From the IMG/VR virus record IMGVR_UViG_3300044210_000015, positions 1-40,783 of that record: 40,783 bases of DNA, one strand, 5' to 3'. Of this stretch, positions 18,010-26,202 are shown piece after piece. Every line of letters starts with the position of its first letter. Position 1 is the first letter of the stretch. The notes beneath the pieces were generated by a model. The model was not told where the DNA came from. It saw nothing but the letters and a program-made list of their open reading frames with translations, and made no database searches. The position numbers were made by a program, and so were the translations under genes. The DNA comes from a virus. Taxonomy: Duplodnaviria; Caudoviricetes.

Positions 18010-18336
18010 ATGGCAGAAGAGCCTGTGTCGCCGCTGGTGCTCGAGGTCGTGGCCGTTGTGCACCCGGTCGACGTCGACGTCCATCCGTCGTGCCCGCCCG
18101 GATACCGGTGGGCCGTCCAGGTGGGCGGGCGCCCACCGGCGGACTTGGACTACTGCGTCCAGGCTGGTCACGAAGCGGCGCAGCAGGACGCGCTGGTCAT
18201 GGCCGAGATGGTCGGCGTCGCCTGCGTGCAGGCGTTCCGCAAGCTCGGCTCACCGGCCAAGTACGGGGTGCTCAGACTCGATTACGACCCACTTCCGGCG
18301 TCGGCTGACGACCGGCCGATCGTCGAGTTCAAGTAG
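18010..18336 (+). CDS. Hypothetical protein
   Basis: GAGGAG RBS; tight spacing in the tail operon. Confidence 0.6.
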   Translation: MAEEPVSPLVLEVVAVVHPVDVDVHPSCPPGYRWAVQVGGRPPADLDYCVQAGHEAAQQDALVMAEMVGVACVQAFRKLGSPAKYGVLRLDYDPLPASADDRPIVEFK

Positions 18337-18344
18337 GGGGGATC

Positions 18345-18986
18345 GTGGGGTACACGACCGTCGTGCCCGGCACCGCCATCACGGCGTCGTGGGCAAACGC
18401 CAACGTGAGAGACCAGGTGGTGACGCCGTTCGCCACGGCACTCGCCCGAGACTCGGCGATCACCGCGCCGGTCGAGGGCATGATCTGCTATCTCGCCGAT
18501 GTCGACCAGTTCTGGTACTACAACGGATCACTGTGGGCGCCAATTCCGAGCACCCTGGTCGGCCGATCGAACAAGGGGTCATCGTCAGCTACCACCACCG
18601 GCGAGGTGCTGGTGACGTACTTCTCGGCGGCAGCGAAGCAGGCGCAGCCGATCGCCGTGCAGACCGGGCCGCTGCGACTCAACTCCAACACCAGCGGCGA
18701 CTTCGTGATGGCTCGCATTCGGTACACCATCGACGGGTCGAACCCGACGACATCATCGGCGATCCTGTCCACCGTCGAGGTGCCGACAGGGTCCGCGCAG
18801 AGCGCGATCACATTCACCGAGCTTTACATCCCGGCGACGACGCACACCGTCAAGTTCGGCTTGACGGTCGGACGGTTCGCAGGGAGCGGCACGGTCGGAC
18901 TCGTCGTCGACTCCAACCAGCCGAACATCAACGTGTGGGCTACGGCTCTCGGGTCTGACCCCGGTGATGGCGGAACCGACCCGTGA
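18345..18986 (+). CDS. Minor tail / tail-tip protein
   Basis: ITAS.AN..VRDQVV.PFA...ARD.AI..PVEGM motif typical of actinophage minor tail proteins. Confidence 0.68.
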   Translation: MGYTTVVPGTAITASWANANVRDQVVTPFATALARDSAITAPVEGMICYLADVDQFWYYNGSLWAPIPSTLVGRSNKGSSSATTTGEVLVTYFSAAAKQAQPIAVQTGPLRLNSNTSGDFVMARIRYTIDGSNPTTSSAILSTVEVPTGSAQSAITFTELYIPATTHTVKFGLTVGRFAGSGTVGLVVDSNQPNINVWATALGSDPGDGGTDP

Positions 18987-19002
18987 TGAGGAGGGAAAGC
19001 CA

Positions 19003-19407
19003 GTGATCGAGCAGCGCCCCCGCAACGACGACGGGTCGCCTGGCCTCTGGGACACCGAAGAGCCTGGTTACGTACCGCGCGAGCGCGCCTGGCATGCGGC
19101 ACTCGTTCGACCCGGGTCGTCCGTCGTGGTCCGCTCCGAGCCCGTCCTCGCGGCCGGTGAGGACTGGACCGGCTACCCGCCGACGCTCGAGCTGGACTGG
19201 ACGGAGTGGTCGCGAGACCACGAGGCCGTGTACGGCCTGGCAGTCTACGGCTCCCCGGTCGCCGCGCGGGCCGAGCGCAAGGCAGCCTGGCGCAAGCTGC
19301 GCCGGTACGCGGCCGGCACCGACCCGGACGACGAGGCCACGCGCCGTGCTGTGGCCGGCGCGATCCGGCGCATCCTGCTGGACCTCGCCCCGGAGGTCAC
19401 GGACTGA
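19003..19407 (+). CDS. Hypothetical protein
   Basis: GAGGAGGG RBS before GTG; TGATG coupling to the endolysin. Confidence 0.6.
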   Translation: MIEQRPRNDDGSPGLWDTEEPGYVPRERAWHAALVRPGSSVVVRSEPVLAAGEDWTGYPPTLELDWTEWSRDHEAVYGLAVYGSPVAARAERKAAWRKLRRYAAGTDPDDEATRRAVAGAIRRILLDLAPEVTD

Positions 19408-20348
19408 TGGGCCGCTGGACCGATCTCGCAACCTGGCGCGGCCCGTCACCCAACCAGGGTGGCGCCGCTGTCGAGCAGCGTGGCGTGGTGCTGCACATCG
19501 CCGAGGGCTCGTACGACGGGACCGTGGCGTGGTGCCTCAACCCGTCGGCCGAGATATCCGCCCAGTTCGTCAGCGCGAAGGATGGCCGCGCCTGCCAGTT
19601 GGTCGACACGGACATCACGGCCTGGACGCAGGCGGCCGGCAACGGCCGGTGGATCAGCATCGAGTTCGAGGGCCACGCCGGCGATTCGCTGACGGCCGGC
19701 CAGCTCGAGTTCGCGGCGCGCGTCCTCGCCCGCGCACACCAGACGTACGGCGTCGCCGTCCAGCTCGCGGACAGTCCGTCCGGCCGCGGCCTTGGCTGGC
19801 ACGGCATGGGAGGCGCGGCGTGGGGTGGCCACACCGGGTGTCCGGGGGCGCCGATCGTGGCGCAGCGCGGGGCGATCGTCGCCCGCGCGCAGCAGATCAT
19901 CAACGGAGGGAGCACGACCATGGCGCTCGAGGGGTACGACCGGTGGTCAGCCGACAGCACGCTCTACATGCTGTTCACGGCGCTGGCCACGGACAACGAT
20001 CAGATCACGTCTATCCACGTAGCCGACGGCAGCACGAAGACGTGGCCGAACAGGCTCAAGCAGCGGCTGGTCACGATCGTCACGGACGTCGCCTCGATCA
20101 AGACGGACGTCGCCGCGATCAAGACCGCGCCGGCCCCGTCGCCGCAGCTGTCGGCGGAGCAGCTCGCCGCGATCGGCTCGGCCGCGGCGTCGCAGGCGGC
20201 GACGATCCTCGGCGAGCGGCTCGAGGTCACTGAGGCGCAGCTGGCCGAGCTGGGGGCGCAGCTGGCCGAGCTGAAGCGGATCGCGGACAAGCTCTTCGGC
20301 GGCCGGGTGGCCGCGGCCGGCGCCGAGACGGACGCGCTCGCGCCGTGA
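19407..20348 (+). CDS. Endolysin, N-acetylmuramoyl-L-alanine amidase
   Basis: VVLHIAEG, SAQF, QLVDT...AW, ISIEFEG, H..CPG amidase_2 motifs; helical repetitive C-terminus. Confidence 0.88.
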   Translation: MGRWTDLATWRGPSPNQGGAAVEQRGVVLHIAEGSYDGTVAWCLNPSAEISAQFVSAKDGRACQLVDTDITAWTQAAGNGRWISIEFEGHAGDSLTAGQLEFAARVLARAHQTYGVAVQLADSPSGRGLGWHGMGGAAWGGHTGCPGAPIVAQRGAIVARAQQIINGGSTTMALEGYDRWSADSTLYMLFTALATDNDQITSIHVADGSTKTWPNRLKQRLVTIVTDVASIKTDVAAIKTAPAPSPQLSAEQLAAIGSAAASQAATILGERLEVTEAQLAELGAQLAELKRIADKLFGGRVAAAGAETDALAP

Positions 20349-20695
20349 CCACGGAGCAGCTGCTCGAGATTCTCGGCGTACCCACCGGCGCCGGGGTGAC
20401 CGTGGGTCTCGGCGTCCTGGTGGTGCGCTGGCTGCGTGCTGGTGGGGAGCGGCGGCTGCGGCGTACGGCGACGCAGCTACTCGGGGACGGCGAGCGGCGG
20501 GGCCTGCTGGAGACGGTGGAGGCTCACGGCGCGGACATCGCCGCTATCCGTGCCCAGCTCGAGCCGGACCACGGCGGGAGCCTTCACGATGTGCTCGTCC
20601 GGGTGGACGAGCGGACGCTGCGGATCGAGCAGCGCCTCGACGCCCACATCGCAAGCCCGCACATGCCGACCACGTGGCCGGTCAACCGCAGATGA
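20345..20695 (+). CDS. Lysis-cassette membrane protein
   Basis: N-terminal TM segment, P.HGGSL.D motif and coiled coil; follows endolysin. Confidence 0.6.
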   Translation: MTTEQLLEILGVPTGAGVTVGLGVLVVRWLRAGGERRLRRTATQLLGDGERRGLLETVEAHGADIAAIRAQLEPDHGGSLHDVLVRVDERTLRIEQRLDAHIASPHMPTTWPVNRR

Positions 20696-20707
20696 AATGA
20701 GGAGTCA

Positions 20708-20983
20708 ATGCAGAAGCCGAGCCTCGGTCGGATCGTGCACTATCGCGGCCGCCAGGGCGTGCTCGCGATGCGCGCGGCGATAGTCACGGGCACCGTCGAC
20801 AGTCTCGACCCGGGCAACGTCGCGGCCGGGAACGTCCGGGCGCTGACCGACGAGCAGCACGTGCACCTGTGGGTGTTCACGCCTGGCGAGTCGGCCGGCT
20901 TCCCGGAGTTCAACGTTCCGTGTGGTGAGCCGGTCGACGGGTGCATCCCGCCCGGCTCGTGGTGCTGGCCTCCGAGGGTCTGA
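20708..20983 (+). CDS. Hypothetical phage protein
   Basis: PSLGRIVHY..AAIVT..W.WP motif; GAGGAG RBS. Confidence 0.65.
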   Translation: MQKPSLGRIVHYRGRQGVLAMRAAIVTGTVDSLDPGNVAAGNVRALTDEQHVHLWVFTPGESAGFPEFNVPCGEPVDGCIPPGSWCWPPRV

Positions 20984-21225
20984 TGTTCACAGCGATCTGG
21001 GTGATCCTCGCGCTCGTCGGCGGCGCCACCGAGCTGGTGGCGCTGGCCAACAAGAAGCCCGGAGACACCCTCAGCGAGCACGTCTGGAAGATCGCCAAAG
21101 TCGGCGACCCGCGCCCGACGCCGCTGGTGTGGACGATCCGGGCGCTCATCGCCCTGGTGATGCTGTGGCTCGCTGGGCACTTCTCGCTCGGCTGGTGGAC
21201 GCCGTCCGACCCCTGGCCAGGCTGA
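20983..21225 (+). CDS. Two-TM membrane protein, possible holin
   Basis: Two hydrophobic segments flanking GDTLSEHVW; last gene of the late operon. Confidence 0.6.
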   Translation: MFTAIWVILALVGGATELVALANKKPGDTLSEHVWKIAKVGDPRPTPLVWTIRALIALVMLWLAGHFSLGWWTPSDPWPG

Positions 21226-21301
21226 TTCCCCCTGCCACCGCACGGCGCATTCGCGGGCGCCGTGCGGACGTTGGTGCGCCTCGACCCCCGCGTGCCAACA
21301 A

Positions 21302-21343
21302 CGAAGCGCCCCGCCCCGGGATTACCGGGCGGGGCGCTTTCGT
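21302..21343. terminator. Bidirectional intrinsic terminator
   Basis: AAGCGCCCCGCCC..GGGCGGGGCGCTTT stem between convergent operons. Confidence 0.8.
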
Positions 21344-21360
21344 GCGTGCTGGGTACGTCG

Positions 21361-21525
21361 TCAGCTCACGCGCTGGCGGTAGCTCGGCGACCATGGCGGC
21401 CGGTTGCCCATCGCCGCGTTGAACCGGCGCCGACACGAGTCGATCCGCCCGTGGTTGTCGCCGCGGGCGTGGTTGATATACCTGAATGTCTTGAGGTATC
21501 GGCGCTTACGAGAAGCCCTGCTCAT
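21361..21525 (-). CDS. Small basic hypothetical protein
   Basis: MSRASRKRRYLK.., 54 aa, AGGAGG RBS. Confidence 0.5.
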   Translation of the reverse strand: MSRASRKRRYLKTFRYINHARGDNHGRIDSCRRRFNAAMGNRPPWSPSYRQRVS

Positions 21526-21634
21526 GACCCCTCCTGGGTCTCGTGGCGGATGGCTGATCCCCGATGGGGGCGATGAGTGGGTGCCGCGCCGTTGATCACG
21601 CGGAGGCCGGCCGGTTTCGGTCCACCCGGGTGGC

Positions 21635-22204
21635 TCAGGCGCGGGCGAGGTCTGCCGCCAGCTTGTCGAGCCACTTGACCAGCATCGGAGACCCGATCTC
21701 GGGGTCGCCAGCATTGGCTCGCGCGATGCTGATTACCTGGCCGAGTGGCGCCCCGCTCTCGGCGAGCTCGGCGACCAGGCGGAGCTCATCGTCGAGCTCG
21801 CCGCGGAGCTCGGTCTGCGACATGATCTCGTGGTGGAGCTCTCGTGCCTCGTCGTGCGTTGCCTCGACGCCGACCTGCGCGGTGCGGCGGTGGAGCTCCG
21901 CGACCCGGCGGGCAGCTTGGCTGACCTCGCGGCGCCGGGCGAGCTTGGCGAGACCCTCGAGCGCCTCTGCGACGATGCTGGCGGTCTGCTCGGTCATGGC
22001 GATGGCGGTCACGGTGGATCCCTTCAGGTCGGTGCGGGCGCCTGGCCCAGGTCGGTTGTCGCGGAGCCACTCGACGGCCTCGCGCGGGTATCCACTACGG
22101 ACGCCGTGGTGGCGGAGTGCGGAGCGGGCTGCCTCAACGGAGAGGCCGAGTAGTGCCGCCGCCTCGCGGAGCGGCACCACCGGGATGTTCGGCCGGCCAG
22201 TCAC
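21635..22204 (-). CDS. HTH DNA-binding protein with helical C-terminal extension
   Basis: LREAAALLGLS...R HTH-like start and RPGPGARTDL motif; possible internal RBS plus GTG at 22012. Confidence 0.6.
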   Translation of the reverse strand: MTGRPNIPVVPLREAAALLGLSVEAARSALRHHGVRSGYPREAVEWLRDNRPGPGARTDLKGSTVTAIAMTEQTASIVAEALEGLAKLARRREVSQAARRVAELHRRTAQVGVEATHDEARELHHEIMSQTELRGELDDELRLVAELAESGAPLGQVISIARANAGDPEIGSPMLVKWLDKLAADLARA

Positions 22205-22434
22205 AGCCGGCCGACCTGGTAGTCGGCTCCGTCGATCCAGAGGTTGCCGCCGTCGTCGATGTGTCCGTCTGCGTCGGAGGGGAGCGCGGCGAGCGCGTCG
22301 TAGGCGTCCTGGTCGATCGTGACGATCGAGCCGTCGCGCTCGACCTCCCCGGCTCCGCCGGCGAGCGTGTCTTTGAGATAGGACTCGATCTCGCTGGCGA
22401 TGTGGCTGGGGACCTGGATCATGTGCTGTGCCAT
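22201..22434 (-). CDS. Small acidic hypothetical protein
   Basis: GGAGG RBS; GTGA coupling to the HTH gene. Confidence 0.65.
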   Translation of the reverse strand: MAQHMIQVPSHIASEIESYLKDTLAGGAGEVERDGSIVTIDQDAYDALAALPSDADGHIDDGGNLWIDGADYQVGRL

Positions 22435-22470
22435 GGTGTCCTCCGTTGGTTCGTGCTGTCTTTGTGGTGG

Positions 22471-22503
22471 CTCAACCTTAGCACGATTCGCGCTAGGGTT
22501 GAG
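22471..22503. promoter_or_regulatory. Inverted-repeat operator overlapping a leftward promoter
   Basis: CTCAACCTTAGC-N9-GCTAGGGTTGAG (11/12 complementary); contains a TAAGGT -10 on the minus strand. Confidence 0.6.
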
Positions 22504-22648
22504 GGGTTCACTCGTGCGGGTGACGCCACTTCCGCCACGCCAACGCCCCCGATCGGCGCTACCCTCGACACACGGCGCCGCCTTCCCCGCCAACGCGGGG
22601 GTTCATCGTCCCCCTCGGGGATGGCAACATCGCGAACGCCGACGACCC

Positions 22649-22683
22649 GAAGCGCCCCCGCCCACCAGCGGGGGCGCTTTCGT
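22649..22683. terminator. Intrinsic terminator for the leftward membrane operon
   Basis: AAGCGCCCCCGC-N6-GCGGGGGCGCTTT stem right after the stop at 22683. Confidence 0.75.
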
Positions 22684-23078
22684 CATGCCCGCAGCCATGC
22701 CACCAGCCGCGCCATCCGATCCACCTGCTCGCCAGCCACCAGCACCACGAACGCCGCGATCATCAGCCACCCGCACACCGCCGGCGCGCCCGCGATGTAC
22801 ACCAGCCACGCGACGCCGAGCAGCACCCCGCCGAGCCCCTGGCACGCCAGCCACGCACGGGCGCAGCGGGGAGCGTCGATCGTGCGGAGATCAAAGTCCG
22901 AGCCATGCCTTCCAGCGTGGGAGCGGCTCTTCCTGTGCTGCCTCCCAGAGGTCGCGTGGGACGTAGTAGACGTGGGTGGCACCGGGGTTGATGGGGTCGT
23001 CCTCGTACCAGCCGACGCGGCTGGCGTAGAGGACGTCAGGTTCGGTGTCTGGGATGTAGACGTCGTCTCCCGTACCAT
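22683..23078 (-). CDS. Two-TM membrane protein (start uncertain)
   Basis: Hydrophobic C-terminal part (GGVLLGVAWLVYI..WLMIAAFVVLV). The nearest ATG overlaps the upstream gene by about 190 nt. Confidence 0.4.
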   Translation of the reverse strand: MVRETTSTSQTPNLTSSTPAASAGTRTTPSTPVPPTSTTSHATSGRQHRKSRSHAGRHGSDFDLRTIDAPRCARAWLACQGLGGVLLGVAWLVYIAGAPAVCGWLMIAAFVVLVAGEQVDRMARLVAWLRA

Positions 23079-23262
23079 GATCCACATCCCCTCTCGGGCC
23101 AGCGCTTCCGTTGCTGCGTTTTCCCTGGTCGCTCGCCGTATCGGTGGCCACCTCCGGTGGGGGAGGGGAGGGGTTATTGATCTTGTTGTGAGCCAACGCG
23201 ACGAGTGCCACGAACGCGATCGCCGCGAACATCGCGACGGTGTGACCGATGCCGTTGTCCAT
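22891..23262 (-). CDS. Membrane-anchored hypothetical protein
   Basis: N-terminal TM segment, Pro-rich linker, AGGGGG RBS. Confidence 0.6.
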   Translation of the reverse strand: MDNGIGHTVAMFAAIAFVALVALAHNKINNPSPPPPEVATDTASDQGKRSNGSAGPRGDVDHGTGDDVYIPDTEPDVLYASRVGWYEDDPINPGATHVYYVPRDLWEAAQEEPLPRWKAWLGL

Positions 23263-23273
23263 TGACGCACCCC

Positions 23274-23825
23274 CTAGAAGGCCCAGCCGAAGCAGAAGTC
23301 GAGAAGTTTGCAGTCGTTGTCCATGCCCCAGCTGATGAAGGTCCCCATCCGACCGGGAATCAGGTCCGCCATGAGGGCGATCGGCACGACCATGCCGAGC
23401 ATCTTGAAGTTGATCCGGCCAGCCGGGGACTTCGGCAGCTGCACCTTGGCGACTGGCCCGAGCAACTTCCCGGCCCAGCTAATGACCCACTTCCAGTTCG
23501 GTAGCCACGCGCACACCAGGTAGACCGTCAGCAGCGCGAGCAGGCCACCGAGGATCAGCGCGGTATCGCCATCCTTGATGTACGCGTTGCCGGTGTCCTT
23601 CGCGACGTCGATTGCCCAGCTACACCGCGCGACCAGCCATGAGTCGAGCGCCCCACCGTTCCAGCCCTCACGCAGGCCGGCCAAGTAGCACATCGCCGCG
23701 ACGCGGTCCCGCCACGAGTCCGGACCGACACCGAACCAGTCGAGCAGCCCGCCGCAGGCCAGCACGATGAACGTCAGCGTCGGGGACATGTAGTGGTTGA
23801 TCGTGGTGATCGTGTCCGCGTTCAT
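23274..23825 (-). CDS. Multi-pass membrane protein
   Basis: About three hydrophobic segments; GGAGG RBS; ATGA coupling. Confidence 0.68.
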   Translation of the reverse strand: MNADTITTINHYMSPTLTFIVLACGGLLDWFGVGPDSWRDRVAAMCYLAGLREGWNGGALDSWLVARCSWAIDVAKDTGNAYIKDGDTALILGGLLALLTVYLVCAWLPNWKWVISWAGKLLGPVAKVQLPKSPAGRINFKMLGMVVPIALMADLIPGRMGTFISWGMDNDCKLLDFCFGWAF

Positions 23826-24097
23826 CGACGCCTCCCCAGACGCCAGGCCGCGACCTGCTCGTCGGTCTCCAGGTCGCACAGCTGAAGCCAGCACATCCCC
23901 AGCTCGGACCGCCGGATAACCGCGGCCTCGGCGAGCTGCTGGCCGAGCTGCTCCAGTTCGTCACGCGACCGCTCGGCCGGCCCACCGGGGCTGAAGTCGA
24001 GCACGACGAGCACCGGGTCGACGGGCGCCACATCGTCTCCGTGACGGAGCCGCGCCAGGTAGGTGCGGCTCCCGTACAGATCAGTCACGGTGCTCAT
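23822..24097 (-). CDS. Hypothetical protein
   Basis: GGGAG RBS; overlaps both neighbours. Confidence 0.62.
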   Translation of the reverse strand: MSTVTDLYGSRTYLARLRHGDDVAPVDPVLVVLDFSPGGPAERSRDELEQLGQQLAEAAVIRRSELGMCWLQLCDLETDEQVAAWRLGRRR

Positions 24098-24326
24098 CTC
24101 CCGCGTGCGCCAGGATCAACACGACGACCGCTGCCACCAGGAGCCCGACGACCAGGTTGGCGGCTACCGCCTGGTGGTCCTCGAACATGAGCACGGAATA
24201 CCCGAGGGCACCGGCGGCAGCGCTCGTGAGCGCGAGCGCGATCCGGTCTGCGACCTTGCGCAGCGAAGCGCTTGTGAGCGCCAAGGCGATCCGGTCTGCT
24301 GCCTTGCGCAGATGCGGGCGCTTCAC
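24081..24326 (-). CDS. Small two-TM membrane protein with 16-aa tandem duplication
   Basis: LRKAADRIALALTSAS / LRKVADRIALALTSA followed by a TM segment; GTGA coupling. Confidence 0.62.
   Translation of the reverse strand: MKRPHLRKAADRIALALTSASLRKVADRIALALTSAAAGALGYSVLMFEDHQAVAANLVVGLLVAAVVVLILAHAGDEHRD
24219..24311. repeat. 48-bp-period tandem duplication
   Basis: Two diverged copies, each ending CCTTGCGCAG. Confidence 0.85.
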
Positions 24327-24925
24327 GACCGGCCACCCGTCACTCGGGCCCGCCGCGCTGCCGACTCGTCCGCCATGCGCTGCTCGCGCTGGCTGGCGCC
24401 CGCAGGTACGGCCGACGTCCCCGACCAGTACCGGCCGCCGCGCCGGGTGACTGCGGCCCGGTCCTTGGCCGCTTGGAGCTCGCGGAAGGACAGCTTCCGC
24501 CCGGTCTCCGGCGCGGCCGTCTCGCCCTCGTGCTCGCCGCGCCGCGTGGTGCCGGCGGGTCCGCGCGGCGCCGGCTGCTCGAATGCCGGCTCCCGCACCG
24601 TCTCGCGCCGCGGCGTGCCCTCTCCGGCGGTGCCGCGGCACGGCGGGATGTCGACGTTGGGCTGTCCGAGCGGGTGTGCGACCCCGTCCGAGCCGACGAT
24701 CTCGGCGCAGCCGGACGCAACCCGGTGAGCGCACTCGGGCACGGTGAGCGGCGCCAGTCCCGGCGCGGGGACGTAGGTGACCTGCCCGATGTCCAAGCAT
24801 GGCTCTGCGGCGTCAGCCGTCGATCCGTCCACCAGGACGATGCCGACGCCGGTTGTCGCGAACAGGCTAGCGGCGATTATCCGACGCGCCACCGGGTGCC
24901 GGCGGCGGCGTGTACGTGTGACCAT
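24323..24925 (-). CDS. Secreted or membrane-anchored protein
   Basis: Arg-rich n-region, hydrophobic h-region, ADA/A cleavage-like site, four Cys; AAGGAG RBS. Confidence 0.62.
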   Translation of the reverse strand: MVTRTRRRRHPVARRIIAASLFATTGVGIVLVDGSTADAAEPCLDIGQVTYVPAPGLAPLTVPECAHRVASGCAEIVGSDGVAHPLGQPNVDIPPCRGTAGEGTPRRETVREPAFEQPAPRGPAGTTRRGEHEGETAAPETGRKLSFRELQAAKDRAAVTRRGGRYWSGTSAVPAGASQREQRMADESAARRARVTGGRS

Positions 24926-24988
24926 TGGGATCTCCTTTTTGAGGGAGCCGGGGCGCGGGCGTTTCTCAGGCGGGCCGCGCCCCGGGTA

Positions 24989-25885
24989 TCAGTTGGCTGG
25001 CTGTGTGTCGCTGGCGAGTTCGGCGGCGAGGTCTTTCGCCATCCGTCCTGCCAGGTCGTTGCGGATGGACAGGCCGCGGCCGCGGATGGCTGCGGCGAGC
25101 GCGTCCCTGGTGATCTGCCGCCCGGTCGCGTGGAGTCGGACGGCCTCGATGAGCGCGACGCGGGCAAGATCGTCCGCACCGTCCGTGTCGTCCGTCGGCT
25201 CGGCGAGCGCGACCGCGGCGGCCGGCTCGACCACGCCGGCCCACACCGCGGCGCGGAACGCACGGAAGGTGCGGCGCGGGTACAGCGCCCACCGGAGCGG
25301 CGAGAACCGTACGGCCCGCGGGTCCACCAAGCCGAGCGCCCGGAGCCGATCGCGGTTGAGGCTGCGGGACCGGATGGCCCACAGCCACGGCGAGATCGAG
25401 GACAGGGCGCCGAACGTTACCGCGAGCGCCGTTGGCTCCCAGCCCTTCGAGAAGTGCCAGTAGTTCAGCGTGCCGACCAGCGCGCCGACGGCGTACGAGC
25501 CGAGCCGCAGCCGCAGGGACGCGTCGCCGGCCATGAGCGCCGCGTGCGCCTCGGCCGCCAGGTACACGCCGATGGACTCGAGGGCGGCGGCGAAGAGCAC
25601 CGCGAGCACCCAGCTCTCGACGAGGCGCTCGTACGCCCATCCGGCCTGCCCGTACACGGCGGCTGAGTTGACGAGCAGGAGCGGTACGGCGAGGGCAAGC
25701 ACCCCGCCGCGCCCGTGGCGTCCCCGTCCGCGGTCGTCCGCCGCGCGGGACGCCTGGTCAGCTGGGGTGCCGCTGGTACTCGGCGCAGGCCTTGGCATGG
25801 GGGTGTCGTCCGCGGTTGCGAGCCGGATGGACGGCGCGGCGGCAGGTACGGGCCGTGGCGCTGTCACCGTCGCTTGGTGTGTCAT
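24989..25885 (-). CDS. SpdB2/DUF2637-like membrane protein with C-terminal HTH-like domain
   Basis: About four TM segments with charged loops, then ITRDALAAAIRGRGLSIRND..GRMAKDL; architecture of actinomycete plasmid spread proteins (recognised by eye). Confidence 0.62.
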   Translation of the reverse strand: MTHQATVTAPRPVPAAAPSIRLATADDTPMPRPAPSTSGTPADQASRAADDRGRGRHGRGGVLALAVPLLLVNSAAVYGQAGWAYERLVESWVLAVLFAAALESIGVYLAAEAHAALMAGDASLRLRLGSYAVGALVGTLNYWHFSKGWEPTALAVTFGALSSISPWLWAIRSRSLNRDRLRALGLVDPRAVRFSPLRWALYPRRTFRAFRAAVWAGVVEPAAAVALAEPTDDTDGADDLARVALIEAVRLHATGRQITRDALAAAIRGRGLSIRNDLAGRMAKDLAAELASDTQPAN

Positions 25886-25950
25886 GACACGTACGGTAAC
25901 CTACGTGTCATGACACGTGCAACTGGATCACACGACGGGCGTCATGACAC
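25879..25950. promoter_or_regulatory. Divergent promoter region with three GTCATGAC-core palindromic operators
   Basis: GTGTCATGACAC 25879-25890, ACGTGTCATGACACGT 25903-25918, GTCATGACAC 25941-25950. Leftward TTGCAC-N18-TACCGT-N7-ATG promoter. Confidence 0.8.
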
Positions 25951-25960
25951 CATGCCGGCC

Positions 25961-26170
25961 ATGACTGGACGGAGCGGACGCGGCACAGCCCGTCAGACCG
26001 TCCGAATCGACGAAGACCTGTGGAAGCTGCTTGGTCGGCTCGCCGCGGAACGCGGGACGGACCGGTCCGCGGTGCTCCGCGACTTCATCCGCTGGACGTG
26101 CGGAGAGCCGGACGCGCCCGAGCCGTACCGGCTCGTGAACGAGGTAGAGGGCGACCCGTCGGACGGGTGA
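25961..26170 (+). CDS. Ribbon-helix-helix (CopG/Arc-like) regulator
   Basis: RQTVRIDEDLW..L...A...GTDRSAVLRDFIRW RHH pattern. Confidence 0.8.
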   Translation: MTGRSGRGTARQTVRIDEDLWKLLGRLAAERGTDRSAVLRDFIRWTCGEPDAPEPYRLVNEVEGDPSDG

Positions 26171-26202
26171 CCGAATAGCGACGGTGTGCGACCATGCCTG
26201 GC

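Noticed and set aside
22500-22683. c-di-GMP riboswitch to pair with the DGC
   Set aside because: I could not find class I or class II consensus elements by eye; an Rfam scan would be needed.
22683-26170. Complete conjugation system or integrated AICE
   Set aside because: No TraB/FtsK ATPase, RepSA/RepAM or separate integrase in the block; only spread-like membrane genes and a regulator.
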